From the IMG/VR virus record IMGVR_UViG_3300044712_000815, positions 1 through 64,000 of that record: DNA of 64,000 nt; one strand, 5' to 3'. The translations under genes and the position numbers were made by a program. The notes below the pieces were generated by a model. The model ran no database searches. It was not told where the DNA came from and saw only the letters and a program-made list of their open reading frames with translations. Below are positions 49,461 through 59,342 of this stretch, in pieces (the first letter of the stretch is position 1; the number at the start of each line of letters is the position of its first letter). This stretch comes from a virus.

Positions 49461-50212
49461 AAATTTATTTCTTTTTCAATTCCAATAGCATGAAATGGTA
49501 TTGTGTCATATGTATAATAAGAATTGTTCATTTTGGTATCTTTATAAAGTTTAAAAAAAGGTAAAGATGATAATTCTATTTTTAATATAACCCAATTATC
49601 TAAATTTGGTATATGTTGTTCACCAATATTTCTATATTTTTTCTTTAAAAAAATTCTTTTTTCGGGTATAAAATTACATAATTCATTTATATCAGATGAC
49701 AAATATAATCTATCTAAATCGTTTGATACCATATGTTGGGATTTAGGAATTAATCCTTTTAATTTAATTTTTTTAATATAAAAATCTTTTAATGTTAAAT
49801 GATATAATATCAATGGTGTATTTTCAGGTATGTCAAATATTTTATTAAAATACAAAATAATATTGTTGTTACCGCCTTTTAAAGATAAACTATCAATTTT
49901 AAATCCATTATCATCAACTGCTAATGATATAAAATATCCTAATGTGTTATTTAAGTTTGTAATTTTTTTAGTTAAATCAAATATGTTTTTTTTAGATAAT
50001 TCAGATTTATCAAAGTATAATGAAATATATTCATCATTTTTTATATCAATAAAAATATATTCATCATTTAAATATGATAACATTAAATTATTTAATTTTT
50101 CTTTAAATATATCATAAGTTGCAGAATATATTAATCCTTCTTTCATAGATAGATATGTAAGATGATGAAATAAATCAAAATCATCATTAAAATATTTTAA
50201 ATGATTTAACAT
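49457..50212 (-). CDS. Protein with C-terminal ART/KptA-fold-like domain
   Basis: LYHLT....IKLKGLIP...RLYLS...ILKI...IP. Confidence 0.45.
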   Translation of the reverse strand: MLNHLKYFNDDFDLFHHLTYLSMKEGLIYSATYDIFKEKLNNLMLSYLNDEYIFIDIKNDEYISLYFDKSELSKKNIFDLTKKITNLNNTLGYFISLAVDDNGFKIDSLSLKGGNNNIILYFNKIFDIPENTPLILYHLTLKDFYIKKIKLKGLIPKSQHMVSNDLDRLYLSSDINELCNFIPEKRIFLKKKYRNIGEQHIPNLDNWVILKIELSSLPFFKLYKDTKMNNSYYTYDTIPFHAIGIEKEINL

Positions 50213-50229
50213 AATGTATATATAAAATA

Positions 50230-51204
50230 TTAAATTTTGATATTATCATATAATATTTGTTGATATCCAAAGGGTAAATATTTACTATCTAATCTAGTTA
50301 ATTGCCTGGATGTTTTTATATTTTCAATTACTTTACAGGTAAAATCAAATTCATTATTTTTTTTATAAATAGAAAGTATATCAGTAAGATTATCAATAAA
50401 ATCATCGGAATCAAAATTAATTTCATTTGGATATTTTTGCTTATACATAGAATAAACTGTTTCTGACCCTTTAATACCTATTCCTTTTTTTTCTGCTGTG
50501 AATTTTGCAACACTTAAAATATTATCACCAATATCACCAGCAACAATCTTTTTAAAATAAGATTCTTCTTTATTTACAGATACGATTTTAGCCCGGCTTG
50601 ATATTTTGTCAAAATAATTAAGAAAATCTATGTCATAATTTAAATCAAAAATATCACCTTCAGTAGTATCTTCAATATGTTTTAGAAAAATTTGATAATT
50701 TTCTGGCATAAAAATTTTTTCATCTTGAAATTTGTGGTTATAAATCATATTTATATAGTTATCTGTTGTACTATAACCTAATAATTGATGAAGGTCACTA
50801 TCATTTGATATTATTATATTAGACATTCCTTCTTTATTTGATTCTGTCACAATGTGTGCTATAATATCATCACCTTCAAATGGGTCTATTTGATATAATA
50901 AACAATTATATCTTCTTTTAATATTTTCTTTGAACTTATCGAATGTATCAAATACAAATTCCCAATCTATATCTTCATTTTTTATTCGTTTGCCTTTATA
51001 TTCAGTATATATGTCTTTTCTCCAACTTCTTTTACTATCGGATATAAAATATATTTTATTGAAAGGATAAGCATTAGTTATATTATTAAAATCATTTAAT
51101 AGTAATGTTTCTAAATCACCATAAAGTGTTTTTAATCTGTGTAATATAAATACTGCACGATATAAAAAATAATTTCCATCTAATATATTATTAAAATTAA
51201 TCAT
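50230..51204 (-). CDS. rnh: T4 RNase H-like 5'-3' exonuclease (flap nuclease)
   Basis: LDGN, SWRK..Y..YKG.R, EGDD, SNDSDLHQL, GDIGDNI. Confidence 0.85.
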   Translation of the reverse strand: MINFNNILDGNYFLYRAVFILHRLKTLYGDLETLLLNDFNNITNAYPFNKIYFISDSKRSWRKDIYTEYKGKRIKNEDIDWEFVFDTFDKFKENIKRRYNCLLYQIDPFEGDDIIAHIVTESNKEGMSNIIISNDSDLHQLLGYSTTDNYINMIYNHKFQDEKIFMPENYQIFLKHIEDTTEGDIFDLNYDIDFLNYFDKISSRAKIVSVNKEESYFKKIVAGDIGDNILSVAKFTAEKKGIGIKGSETVYSMYKQKYPNEINFDSDDFIDNLTDILSIYKKNNEFDFTCKVIENIKTSRQLTRLDSKYLPFGYQQILYDNIKI

Positions 51205-51269
51205 ATTTAATTTTGTTTTTTATTATATATGTTATTTTTTCAATTATGTTTAATAATATATAAGTCTAT

Positions 51270-51941
51270 ATGAAAATTAAGTTTACTGAATTTATTACCG
51301 AAGATGTTGCATATCATGGATCACCTTATGATTTTGATTATTTTACATCTAATATGATAGGGCAAGGTGAAGGTGCTTCTGGTTGGGGTTATGGTTTATA
51401 TTTTTCAGAAGATATTGATGATGCAAAGGATTATGCAAGAAAATTAGAACGTGAAAAAGGTGAAGCTAGATTATATAAAGTGAGAATACCAAATAAAGAT
51501 AAATATCTAAATACTTCTTTGGGTGTATCAGATCAAAGTCAATATGTTAAAGACAGTTTAATGAAAATGTCAAATAAAAAGAAAATAAAAATATTAGCCC
51601 AACATAATGACTTTGATTTTGTACAATTCAAAAATGATATTGATAATGAAATATCTGAATATTCATTTGATATAGATAGTGTTGAATATAAAGAACATTT
51701 GCAAGAAACATTAGATTATGAATTTATGAACATTGGTAATGATTTATATAGCATTTTAAAAGAATTAAATCCAAATTGGAATAGTGATGATGAGTATTAT
51801 GCATCAAATTTCTTATATGAACTTGGAATTAAAGGTAATATACATAAAGAATTTGGATATTGGAATTATGTAGTATTTAATGATGATGATATCCAAATAC
51901 TCAAAAAAACCAAACCCAAATTCAATAACATTTTTAATTAA
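51270..51941 (+). CDS. ART-PolyVal-like protein, CTS-like N-terminus
   Basis: AYHGSPYDFDYF...GYGLYFS...AKDYA...YVVFND. Confidence 0.6.
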   Translation: MKIKFTEFITEDVAYHGSPYDFDYFTSNMIGQGEGASGWGYGLYFSEDIDDAKDYARKLEREKGEARLYKVRIPNKDKYLNTSLGVSDQSQYVKDSLMKMSNKKKIKILAQHNDFDFVQFKNDIDNEISEYSFDIDSVEYKEHLQETLDYEFMNIGNDLYSILKELNPNWNSDDEYYASNFLYELGIKGNIHKEFGYWNYVVFNDDDIQILKKTKPKFNNIFN

Positions 51942-52218
51942 CGATGTAAGTCATATGTCCAGCATTTGGTTGTCCATCAATATTGGTATAAGTGTAATAA
52001 ATTTCAATAGATTCCAATTCATTTGGCATTCTTTCAACTTTTCCCGTTGTTTCGTTAATTTTCATATTTTCTTTATATACAAATTTGACTGCGGGTTCTT
52101 CACCTAGTAAATTTTTTAATCCCTTTTTAATGTCACCAGTACCTGCATGGGTTAGATTTATATTATTATAAATATAATCATTAATTGCTTTTTCTTTAAA
52201 ATTTTTAATATCATCCAT
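51934..52218 (-). CDS. Hypothetical protein
   Basis: ORF track. Confidence 0.5.
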   Translation of the reverse strand: MDDIKNFKEKAINDYIYNNINLTHAGTGDIKKGLKNLLGEEPAVKFVYKENMKINETTGKVERMPNELESIEIYYTYTNIDGQPNAGHMTYIVN

Positions 52219-52658
52219 AATTTTTAATTATTTTTTAATGTATTTTACACATTTATTGTATATATTTAAATGTCAAAGTTCGTTAATTCATGTGGATATG
52301 GAACATATCTGAAATCACGAATTGAACTATGATATATATTCTTTTGTTCACCTTTAATTGGATGAATATATTTACCACTTTCATTTGCTGTATAACAATA
52401 TGTACTATCTACCATCACGATTGCAACTACCACCACCAAAATAAAATAATTTACCACCAATACATTCATGTAAATTATCAATTGCACTTATTACAAATAT
52501 ATTTCCCGTACATCCAACTATCACATCACCAACATTAGGGGTCCATTTTTGTTGTATTTTTTTGTTAAATATACATTCAAGTAAGTATTTTTTATTCAAC
52601 CCCTTAAATGTATCTGGTAAGTAAAATTTTAAATCTTCTATTTTAAATTTTTTCATAT

Positions 52659-53621
52659 TTATTTATTTATAGCTTCTTTTATATCTGTTATATAAGATAT
52701 TAGGTGTATAATTGGATCAATAGTTTCTGTGTATCTTTCATTATATGATCTTTGTAAATTTACAAGTGTAGCACCAGTTCTTATTAGTTTATCATTATCA
52801 AAAGACATAATTCGATTAAATAATGGTCTTCCTAAAGCTTTCATTAATTCTAATGGATTATCTTGGAAATTGCTAACAACAAAATTGTAATTTTCTTCGA
52901 TATTATTTCTACCATTTAACATGAAGTCAAATATATCAGTATAATTAGAAGAATTCATATTTTGAAGTTGCATTGTATTTTTTGTAATGAATACTTCTTG
53001 AAGTTTTTGTGTAGCACTTCTAAGATCAGGAAAACTTAACATTATTAGTTTTTTGATTTCATCATCAGATATTGTCATTTTAACATTATTTGCAATTGCT
53101 TTCAAATATTTAAAATACCAAGTTTGTAAATATTCAATTTCTTCTTTATTTTTTGGATTGAAATCTACTTTAGTGAATCTTGATATGATTTTATCATCAA
53201 TTTTTTCGATAAAATTTGTTGTTAATATAAATCTGACATGTTGGAAAGTATCAGAAAAACCTTTTAACGCTTTTTGATATTCACCAGAAACCCCATCGAA
53301 TTCATCAAGAAAAATTGTTTTTAGTGTATCTTTTGGCATAAATGGATTAAGACTTTTACAATGATTTTGTAATTGATCCCTTAAAATATTTACACTAGTG
53401 TCTTGTGAAGCATTAAATTCAATATTATCTGTATCTTTACATAATATTTTTGCTAATGTAGTTTTACCCGTTCCTGGTGTATCGCTATAAAAAATCATAT
53501 TTGTTTTTATACCATCTTTTACCAATTCACGGATTCGTGGTAGTAGAATAATCGGAATTTCACCTTTAGTGCTTTCTAAATTTGTTGGTTGGTACTTATA
53601 CCAGAACATTTTATCTTTCAT
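52659..53621 (-). CDS. Sliding-clamp loader large subunit (T4 gp44-like)
   Basis: W..KYQP, PGTGKTT, NAS, LDEFD, FILTTN, SRF, FPDLR. Confidence 0.9.
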   Translation of the reverse strand: MKDKMFWYKYQPTNLESTKGEIPIILLPRIRELVKDGIKTNMIFYSDTPGTGKTTLAKILCKDTDNIEFNASQDTSVNILRDQLQNHCKSLNPFMPKDTLKTIFLDEFDGVSGEYQKALKGFSDTFQHVRFILTTNFIEKIDDKIISRFTKVDFNPKNKEEIEYLQTWYFKYLKAIANNVKMTISDDEIKKLIMLSFPDLRSATQKLQEVFITKNTMQLQNMNSSNYTDIFDFMLNGRNNIEENYNFVVSNFQDNPLELMKALGRPLFNRIMSFDNDKLIRTGATLVNLQRSYNERYTETIDPIIHLISYITDIKEAINK

Positions 53622-53753
53622 ATTATCTTTAAATTAATTTCCTAATATATTATGAAAATTAATAAAGGTTTAAAAAATGAAAGGCATCACCCAAATGGAT
53701 GATGCCTTTTTTAACAATTAACAACTATGAATGGGACAAAATCCCAAAAATGT

Positions 53754-54068
53754 TTATAGTTTATTTTTATTACGAAGTTTATTAATTCTTCTAAGTTTTA
53801 ATTTTCGTAATGTTCTAATATCTGTAATTTCTATTATTTCAAAATTTTTGTATTTTTTTAATTCATATTTTGTGGGATTTAATTGGGTAGTTAATAATAA
53901 TATAACTCGTTCACAATTTTTCTTATATTTCCATTGTTGGGCATTTTTGATATTTTTTGTTTTTGTAAAAAAATATCCAGAAAAATTTGATGTAAACTTT
54001 TTGATATATTCATCAACACTAGTTGATTCATTTATTGCCTTTATAATAAATAATCTTTCACTTTTCAT
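53754..54068 (-). CDS. Hypothetical basic protein
   Basis: ORF behind TATGTTTG promoter. Confidence 0.45.
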   Translation of the reverse strand: MKSERLFIIKAINESTSVDEYIKKFTSNFSGYFFTKTKNIKNAQQWKYKKNCERVILLLTTQLNPTKYELKKYKNFEIIEITDIRTLRKLKLRRINKLRNKNKL

Positions 54069-54130
54069 TTAACAAACATATAATTTTTCTAGAAGAAATA
54101 AAATTAATATATAAGAAAAAAATATTTTTA

Positions 54131-54970
54131 ATGCATATAGATGAAAAATACAATTATGATGACAATTTTGTTAGGATGACAACTATTGCATTGTGTAAAA
54201 CACTTGGTACTAAAATAAGATGGATAAATCGTTATTCGAATGGTAAAAAAATTAGAGTGTTGATACCATTTTATACTAGTTTTGCTGGTCAGGAAAGAGT
54301 TATGTTGGATGCTTTTGTAGATGATACCGCAAGTACAAGGGTGGAATTAAATACTGATCAAAAACAACGTGGAATTGTGACATTCAAAGGTGGTTCACAG
54401 CGAGATGATGAAGTTGCTAACCCAAACGAATATTTATCAAAAGAAACAAAAATAAACGATGAATTAAAATCTATTATTAGTAGAACAAGAGCTGTTCCAA
54501 TATCTCTTAATTATGATATTCAAATTAGATTAGATAATGAATGGGAAGTTGATACGTGTTATTCTAAAATATTAGATGTTTTTCATAATTATAGATTTTT
54601 TTATATTAATTATTTTGGATTAAAAATAGATGCATTTTTTAAATTTCCTACAGATACCGGAATTGAAATACCACGTGAAATAAATATATCAAGCGATAAT
54701 ATAATAACTATGAAATTTCAATTAGAAGTTATTACATATTATCCAGTATTTACAGTTTTAAGTGATGATTATGAAATATGTGATAATGATGATCAAATAG
54801 ATTGGAACTTTTTAGGTATTAATAAACCTGATGGTAGTGGTGTTCCAAGCTCAATGGGTGAATTGAAACGTGCATATTGGTATAATAATTTAGTTGATAA
54901 TAAATCTAAAGAAGTTTTAATTAAAGAAAAAGAAGAACAACGAAATAATGAAATAAATAATATGGAATGA
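54131..54970 (+). CDS. Tail sheath stabiliser / tail terminator (T4 gp15-like)
   Basis: IPFY, AVPISLNYD..I, late promoter. Confidence 0.55.
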   Translation: MHIDEKYNYDDNFVRMTTIALCKTLGTKIRWINRYSNGKKIRVLIPFYTSFAGQERVMLDAFVDDTASTRVELNTDQKQRGIVTFKGGSQRDDEVANPNEYLSKETKINDELKSIISRTRAVPISLNYDIQIRLDNEWEVDTCYSKILDVFHNYRFFYINYFGLKIDAFFKFPTDTGIEIPREINISSDNIITMKFQLEVITYYPVFTVLSDDYEICDNDDQIDWNFLGINKPDGSGVPSSMGELKRAYWYNNLVDNKSKEVLIKEKEEQRNNEINNME

Positions 54971-55506
54971 AATATTTAAAAGAATTTAAAATATACAATA
55001 ATATTAACAATTTTGATGATGTATATCCCGAACCAATAGATTATTATCAAATTCCATTTTCATTATATGATAATGGAATTTGTATTGAAGGTGAAGATGA
55101 TTATGTGTTGTGTTTTGATAATCATTTTGTTTATGATTATATAAGTGATGTTGATATAGAAAAACATTTAAAAAAAGATTTAAATGATATTGATATATCA
55201 ACTGATTGGACCAATATCAAAAATCATAGTAAAAAATTTGAATTTGAAACCGCATATACAAATAAAGAAAAACATGAATTACGAATTGCTAAATTAATAC
55301 AAGAAATTAAATTGGGTAAAAAAATTAGACCAATTTCAATGTTTTTTGATGAACGGGCATATCAACACGATATTAAAAATTATATTGAAGATGGAAATCA
55401 TAGAATACGTGCTTTGCAATATTCAAAATATGATTATTTTCCTGCATATTTATATGGTAATTTTTCAAAGTTTTTGATTGATTATTTAAATAAAAAGAAG
55501 ATTTAA
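54967..55506 (+). CDS. ParB/Srx-like domain protein
   Basis: IEDGNHRIRAL. Confidence 0.6.
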   Translation: MKYLKEFKIYNNINNFDDVYPEPIDYYQIPFSLYDNGICIEGEDDYVLCFDNHFVYDYISDVDIEKHLKKDLNDIDISTDWTNIKNHSKKFEFETAYTNKEKHELRIAKLIQEIKLGKKIRPISMFFDERAYQHDIKNYIEDGNHRIRALQYSKYDYFPAYLYGNFSKFLIDYLNKKKI

Positions 55507-55860
55507 TCTTCTTTTTTTATTGTACGCATTTTGTTGAATGGTTTACCATTAATTGTAATATCACCTTTATCATTCGTATTAATAGATTTAACTTTTATTT
55601 TCTTATTTTTAAATTTTCCAGAAAATATTTCATCTCCTAATTTTATTTTCATTTTCACTTTACCATCTAATGATATTGATAATGATGAATATTCTTCAAA
55701 TGTTTTTATAGTTTTCATATTATTATATATTAAATTTTTTATAAAAAATAAATCTATCAAAAAATGATATTTTTTCTTTAATATATAACTTAGAAAAGAA
55801 TTAAAAAATTAAAAAGTATGCAAGATATAGCATAGAAAAATAAAAAATAATAAAATTAAT

Positions 55861-57147
55861 ATGAAAAATTTGAAGTACGATTTATTCAATTTTAAAAAAG
55901 ATTTACCAATTGAAGATTCTGAATTAAGTGTAATTACCGAAAGATATATCAGTAATTATGATAAATTTTCTGAAAAAGAATTGGTTGCTTCTTTAAAAGA
56001 AACATTATCACCATTTGCATGGGATAATAAAGTTACAAAGCTTGTTGAATCATTTGAAGATGAAATTAAAAGTGACCCTTTGAATTATAACTTAAAAGAT
56101 TTATACAAAAAAATTGAAAGAAAAAATTATGGTCAAATGTATCGTCCAGCATTAAGTTCTATTCTTAATATAATTAATCAGTCGGACACAGATACAAAGA
56201 TGTCATCAATTGTAAATGAATTGGTGATTCATGATTGGATTCCGGAAGTAAAAATGTTTTTGAATGGTTATATGAATAATCCTATTCAAAGACAAAATTT
56301 AGTAAATTCAGGTAAAGCATCAAAAGTTTTTACTTTAGTTGAAAAGGTAGAAGATGGTAATATGGTATTTATGAAAGATCGTTGGTTTTTAATCAATCAA
56401 GATGAAGTTAAACAAACATTGGTGGAAAATCACATTAAAGACATTGAAAAAATTAGAGAATTTAGAATTTTAGAAAAAGTAATGACAATTGGTGACATCA
56501 AAGAAGATTCTATTTCATTTAGATTAGATGAAAATTTGGTTTTGAGTATTTCAACTAAAAACGATAAAGATGTTTTTTTAAATGAAGAAAAATTAGATAA
56601 AGAAACAACATTAGAAAATTTATTTCAATCAAAAATAATTCCATGGCTTAAAAAGGATTATTATGTATTATCAACAACTGCAGCTAACAATATTGATAAA
56701 TTTGTAGATTTAGATATTGCACTTAAAATCGAAAACACATTGTTCCCACATTTAGAATGTTATGTTATTAATTATAATGATAAAATGTATGTATATAATA
56801 ATGATGCAAGAACAGGTTCTGCTTTCTATGAATATAATTCTGCAAACGATTTGATTAATGATATTCAAAAAGAATTAGATTATGATCTTACTAAATTTTT
56901 AGATAATAAATTATCAAAAGAAGTAAAACATTTAAGAGCATTGGAAGATAAAGAAATGGAAATCAAAGAAGCAATTAAAGAAATTGATGAAAGTTTAGCA
57001 TTATTGAAAGAAAACGAAACCTTAGTGAATGAAGATGAAAATTTGAAAAAAGCATTTGAAAATTTGTTGATTTCTAAACATGAACTTTATAAAAATTTGG
57101 GTATAATCAAAGCAGACAAAGTTAAAGCAAAAAGAATGATCATATAA
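55861..57147 (+). CDS. Hypothetical late protein with coiled-coil C-terminus
   Basis: Long ORF; late promoter. Confidence 0.6.
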   Translation: MKNLKYDLFNFKKDLPIEDSELSVITERYISNYDKFSEKELVASLKETLSPFAWDNKVTKLVESFEDEIKSDPLNYNLKDLYKKIERKNYGQMYRPALSSILNIINQSDTDTKMSSIVNELVIHDWIPEVKMFLNGYMNNPIQRQNLVNSGKASKVFTLVEKVEDGNMVFMKDRWFLINQDEVKQTLVENHIKDIEKIREFRILEKVMTIGDIKEDSISFRLDENLVLSISTKNDKDVFLNEEKLDKETTLENLFQSKIIPWLKKDYYVLSTTAANNIDKFVDLDIALKIENTLFPHLECYVINYNDKMYVYNNDARTGSAFYEYNSANDLINDIQKELDYDLTKFLDNKLSKEVKHLRALEDKEMEIKEAIKEIDESLALLKENETLVNEDENLKKAFENLLISKHELYKNLGIIKADKVKAKRMII

Positions 57148-57339
57148 AATTATTTGATTTAAATATTATGAAAAGGTTTCAGCAATGAAACCTTTTATTT
57201 TTTAACATAAATAATATTATGTTAAATTTTATAAACTTTTACAATTTAATATAATATATATTATGTTAATAGGCATAAAGGTATTTTACTTATATTTAAA
57301 GGCATTCAGTAATTATTTTATACAAAAAAAATATAATAT

Positions 57340-57714
57340 ATGGCAAAATACATAGATGATGATTATTTTTATTACGAAATTAAATTGAGTTTGGGTAAAG
57401 GAAAATTAACACGAAATTCAGAAAAAATGATTATCAAAATAGGTGAAGAAATGATAAAAAAATTCGAACGAAAATATAAAACACCAGATGATAAATTTGA
57501 TTGTATGCAACAAGGTATTTTAATGATGTTACAAAATTGGCAAGGTTTTAATGAAAAAAAATATTCTTCTGCTTTTCCATATTTTTCGGAAATTTGTAAG
57601 CGAGGCATTGCAGCTGGTTTGAATACACTTTATCAAAAAAAGAATAATCAAGATTCACCAAAAATGATAAGTTTGAGTCATTCAAATGATGGCAAAGGAT
57701 TACATAACTTATAA
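57340..57714 (+). CDS. Late-transcription sigma factor (T4 gp55-like)
   Basis: YID...FY.E, DC.Q.G...M..W..FN.....AFPYFSEI. Confidence 0.7.
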   Translation: MAKYIDDDYFYYEIKLSLGKGKLTRNSEKMIIKIGEEMIKKFERKYKTPDDKFDCMQQGILMMLQNWQGFNEKKYSSAFPYFSEICKRGIAAGLNTLYQKKNNQDSPKMISLSHSNDGKGLHNL

Positions 57715-57755
57715 TTCAGCTTAGATTTTTTTATATATACGATAAAAAATAAATT

Positions 57756-58022
57756 ATGGCATTAAAAGATTGGGTTAGAAATGATGGATATTTTGATAAA
57801 ACCCCAGGATTGTCATATACACCATTATATACTAATGATGAAACATTCATTATGTTAGTTCGTGATATACAATTTCAAGATGTCAAAGGTGGTGGATTTA
57901 CATCATTTCCAACATTGTATGATATAGCATCAGCTAATAGGGGTCGAACATATATTCCTATTACAGATAATACTAAACTTATTCAAGATCCACCAAATCC
58001 AAATGCGTTAAGAAAACATTAA
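57756..58022 (+). CDS. Hypothetical late protein
   Basis: ORF track; late promoter. Confidence 0.5.
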   Translation: MALKDWVRNDGYFDKTPGLSYTPLYTNDETFIMLVRDIQFQDVKGGGFTSFPTLYDIASANRGRTYIPITDNTKLIQDPPNPNALRKH

Positions 58023-58037
58023 AAAAAATTATTTATT

Positions 58038-58568
58038 ATGTCATTAAATCCAGGCAAATTAGGAAATGTTCGAAATAGTAAAGGTAAGAATAAATATAAC
58101 CAAGGACATTTTATTCCACAAAATGTTGAAAAATATATAGGTCAAACACCAATACAATATCGTAGTTCTTGGGAATTTGCATTTTGTAAATTTTGTGATT
58201 TAAATGAAAAAATTGTAAAATGGAGTACAGAGAGTGTAATTATAACTTATCAAATGGTAAATAAAATTGGTCAAACAGAAACACACCGCTATATTCCTGA
58301 TTTTTGGGTGGAAATGATATCACCAAATGATCCCGAAAAATATGATCGAATGGTAATCGAAATTAAACCAAAAAGTGAAACGGTGCCACCAAATCCACCA
58401 AAGAAAGAAACAATGAAAATGCTTGAAAATTATGAATATTCATTGGTAACATATAAAAAAAATCTTCATAAATGGGCATATGCTAAAGAATGGTGTGAAA
58501 AACGAAATATGAAATTTGTTATAATAACTGAAGATCATCTTAGAATGAGTGGGTTAATACCGAAATAA
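58038..58568 (+). CDS. Head completion nuclease (T4 gp4-like, TnsA-fold)
   Basis: KYIG...YRSSWE..FC..CD....WSTE, HRYIPDF, IEIKP, KW..A..WC...F.IITE. Confidence 0.9.
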   Translation: MSLNPGKLGNVRNSKGKNKYNQGHFIPQNVEKYIGQTPIQYRSSWEFAFCKFCDLNEKIVKWSTESVIITYQMVNKIGQTETHRYIPDFWVEMISPNDPEKYDRMVIEIKPKSETVPPNPPKKETMKMLENYEYSLVTYKKNLHKWAYAKEWCEKRNMKFVIITEDHLRMSGLIPK

Positions 58569-58577
58569 TGAAATATT

Positions 58578-59342
58578 ATGGAATTTATAGATGAAGTATA
58601 TGCATTATATGGGCAATATAACAATAACATTAAATTGATTAAAGATGAATCGACATTGATGTTATTTACAAATATTTTAAAAAATCCAAGCAATCAAGTT
58701 AGACCAACAAATATTAAATTATTACAAATTGGTAAATTTTATATTATCAGATACAATTATAATGGTAATAAGTTATGGTGTCCAATTTTAACTGTTACAC
58801 CATTAAAAAACAATAATGAAGAAGGTTTTTTAGAAAGACAACTAAAAATAATAAATAATAAAAATATACTTTATGTTGTAAATTTTGATTATTTACCAAT
58901 TAAATATAAAGCGATATTTATTGATGCAATATTAAAAAACAATTCAGATAGATGCAGTAAAAATAAAGATAAAATCGCTAATGGTGGAACAGTTAAAGAT
59001 GAATTCAATTTTAAAGTTGATTGGGTTTATACATTCCTTAAAAGTAATGGAAATTATAATTATGCTATTACGGCATTTGATATAACCAAAATTGATAAAA
59101 TATTTGAAATATCTTCAACTATATTAAACAGGTTTATGTTCTTAGATACATATTATATTAATAATAAATTGATGTATGAAACGTTAAATAACATCACTAA
59201 TGATCAACTTCGAAATGAATTTTCAAATAAAATTAAGATATATGAAGAAATTTTAAAATTATATGAAACTGATCTTGAAAAATTTTACAAATCATTAAGA
59301 AACTTTGAAAAAAGTTTAAAATTGATTGATAATATTAGTTAA
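58578..59342 (+). CDS. Hypothetical protein (possible gp2-like DNA end protector)
   Basis: Adjacent to gp4; GKFY..Y, VNFDYLP...A. Confidence 0.35.
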   Translation: MEFIDEVYALYGQYNNNIKLIKDESTLMLFTNILKNPSNQVRPTNIKLLQIGKFYIIRYNYNGNKLWCPILTVTPLKNNNEEGFLERQLKIINNKNILYVVNFDYLPIKYKAIFIDAILKNNSDRCSKNKDKIANGGTVKDEFNFKVDWVYTFLKSNGNYNYAITAFDITKIDKIFEISSTILNRFMFLDTYYINNKLMYETLNNITNDQLRNEFSNKIKIYEEILKLYETDLEKFYKSLRNFEKSLKLIDNIS

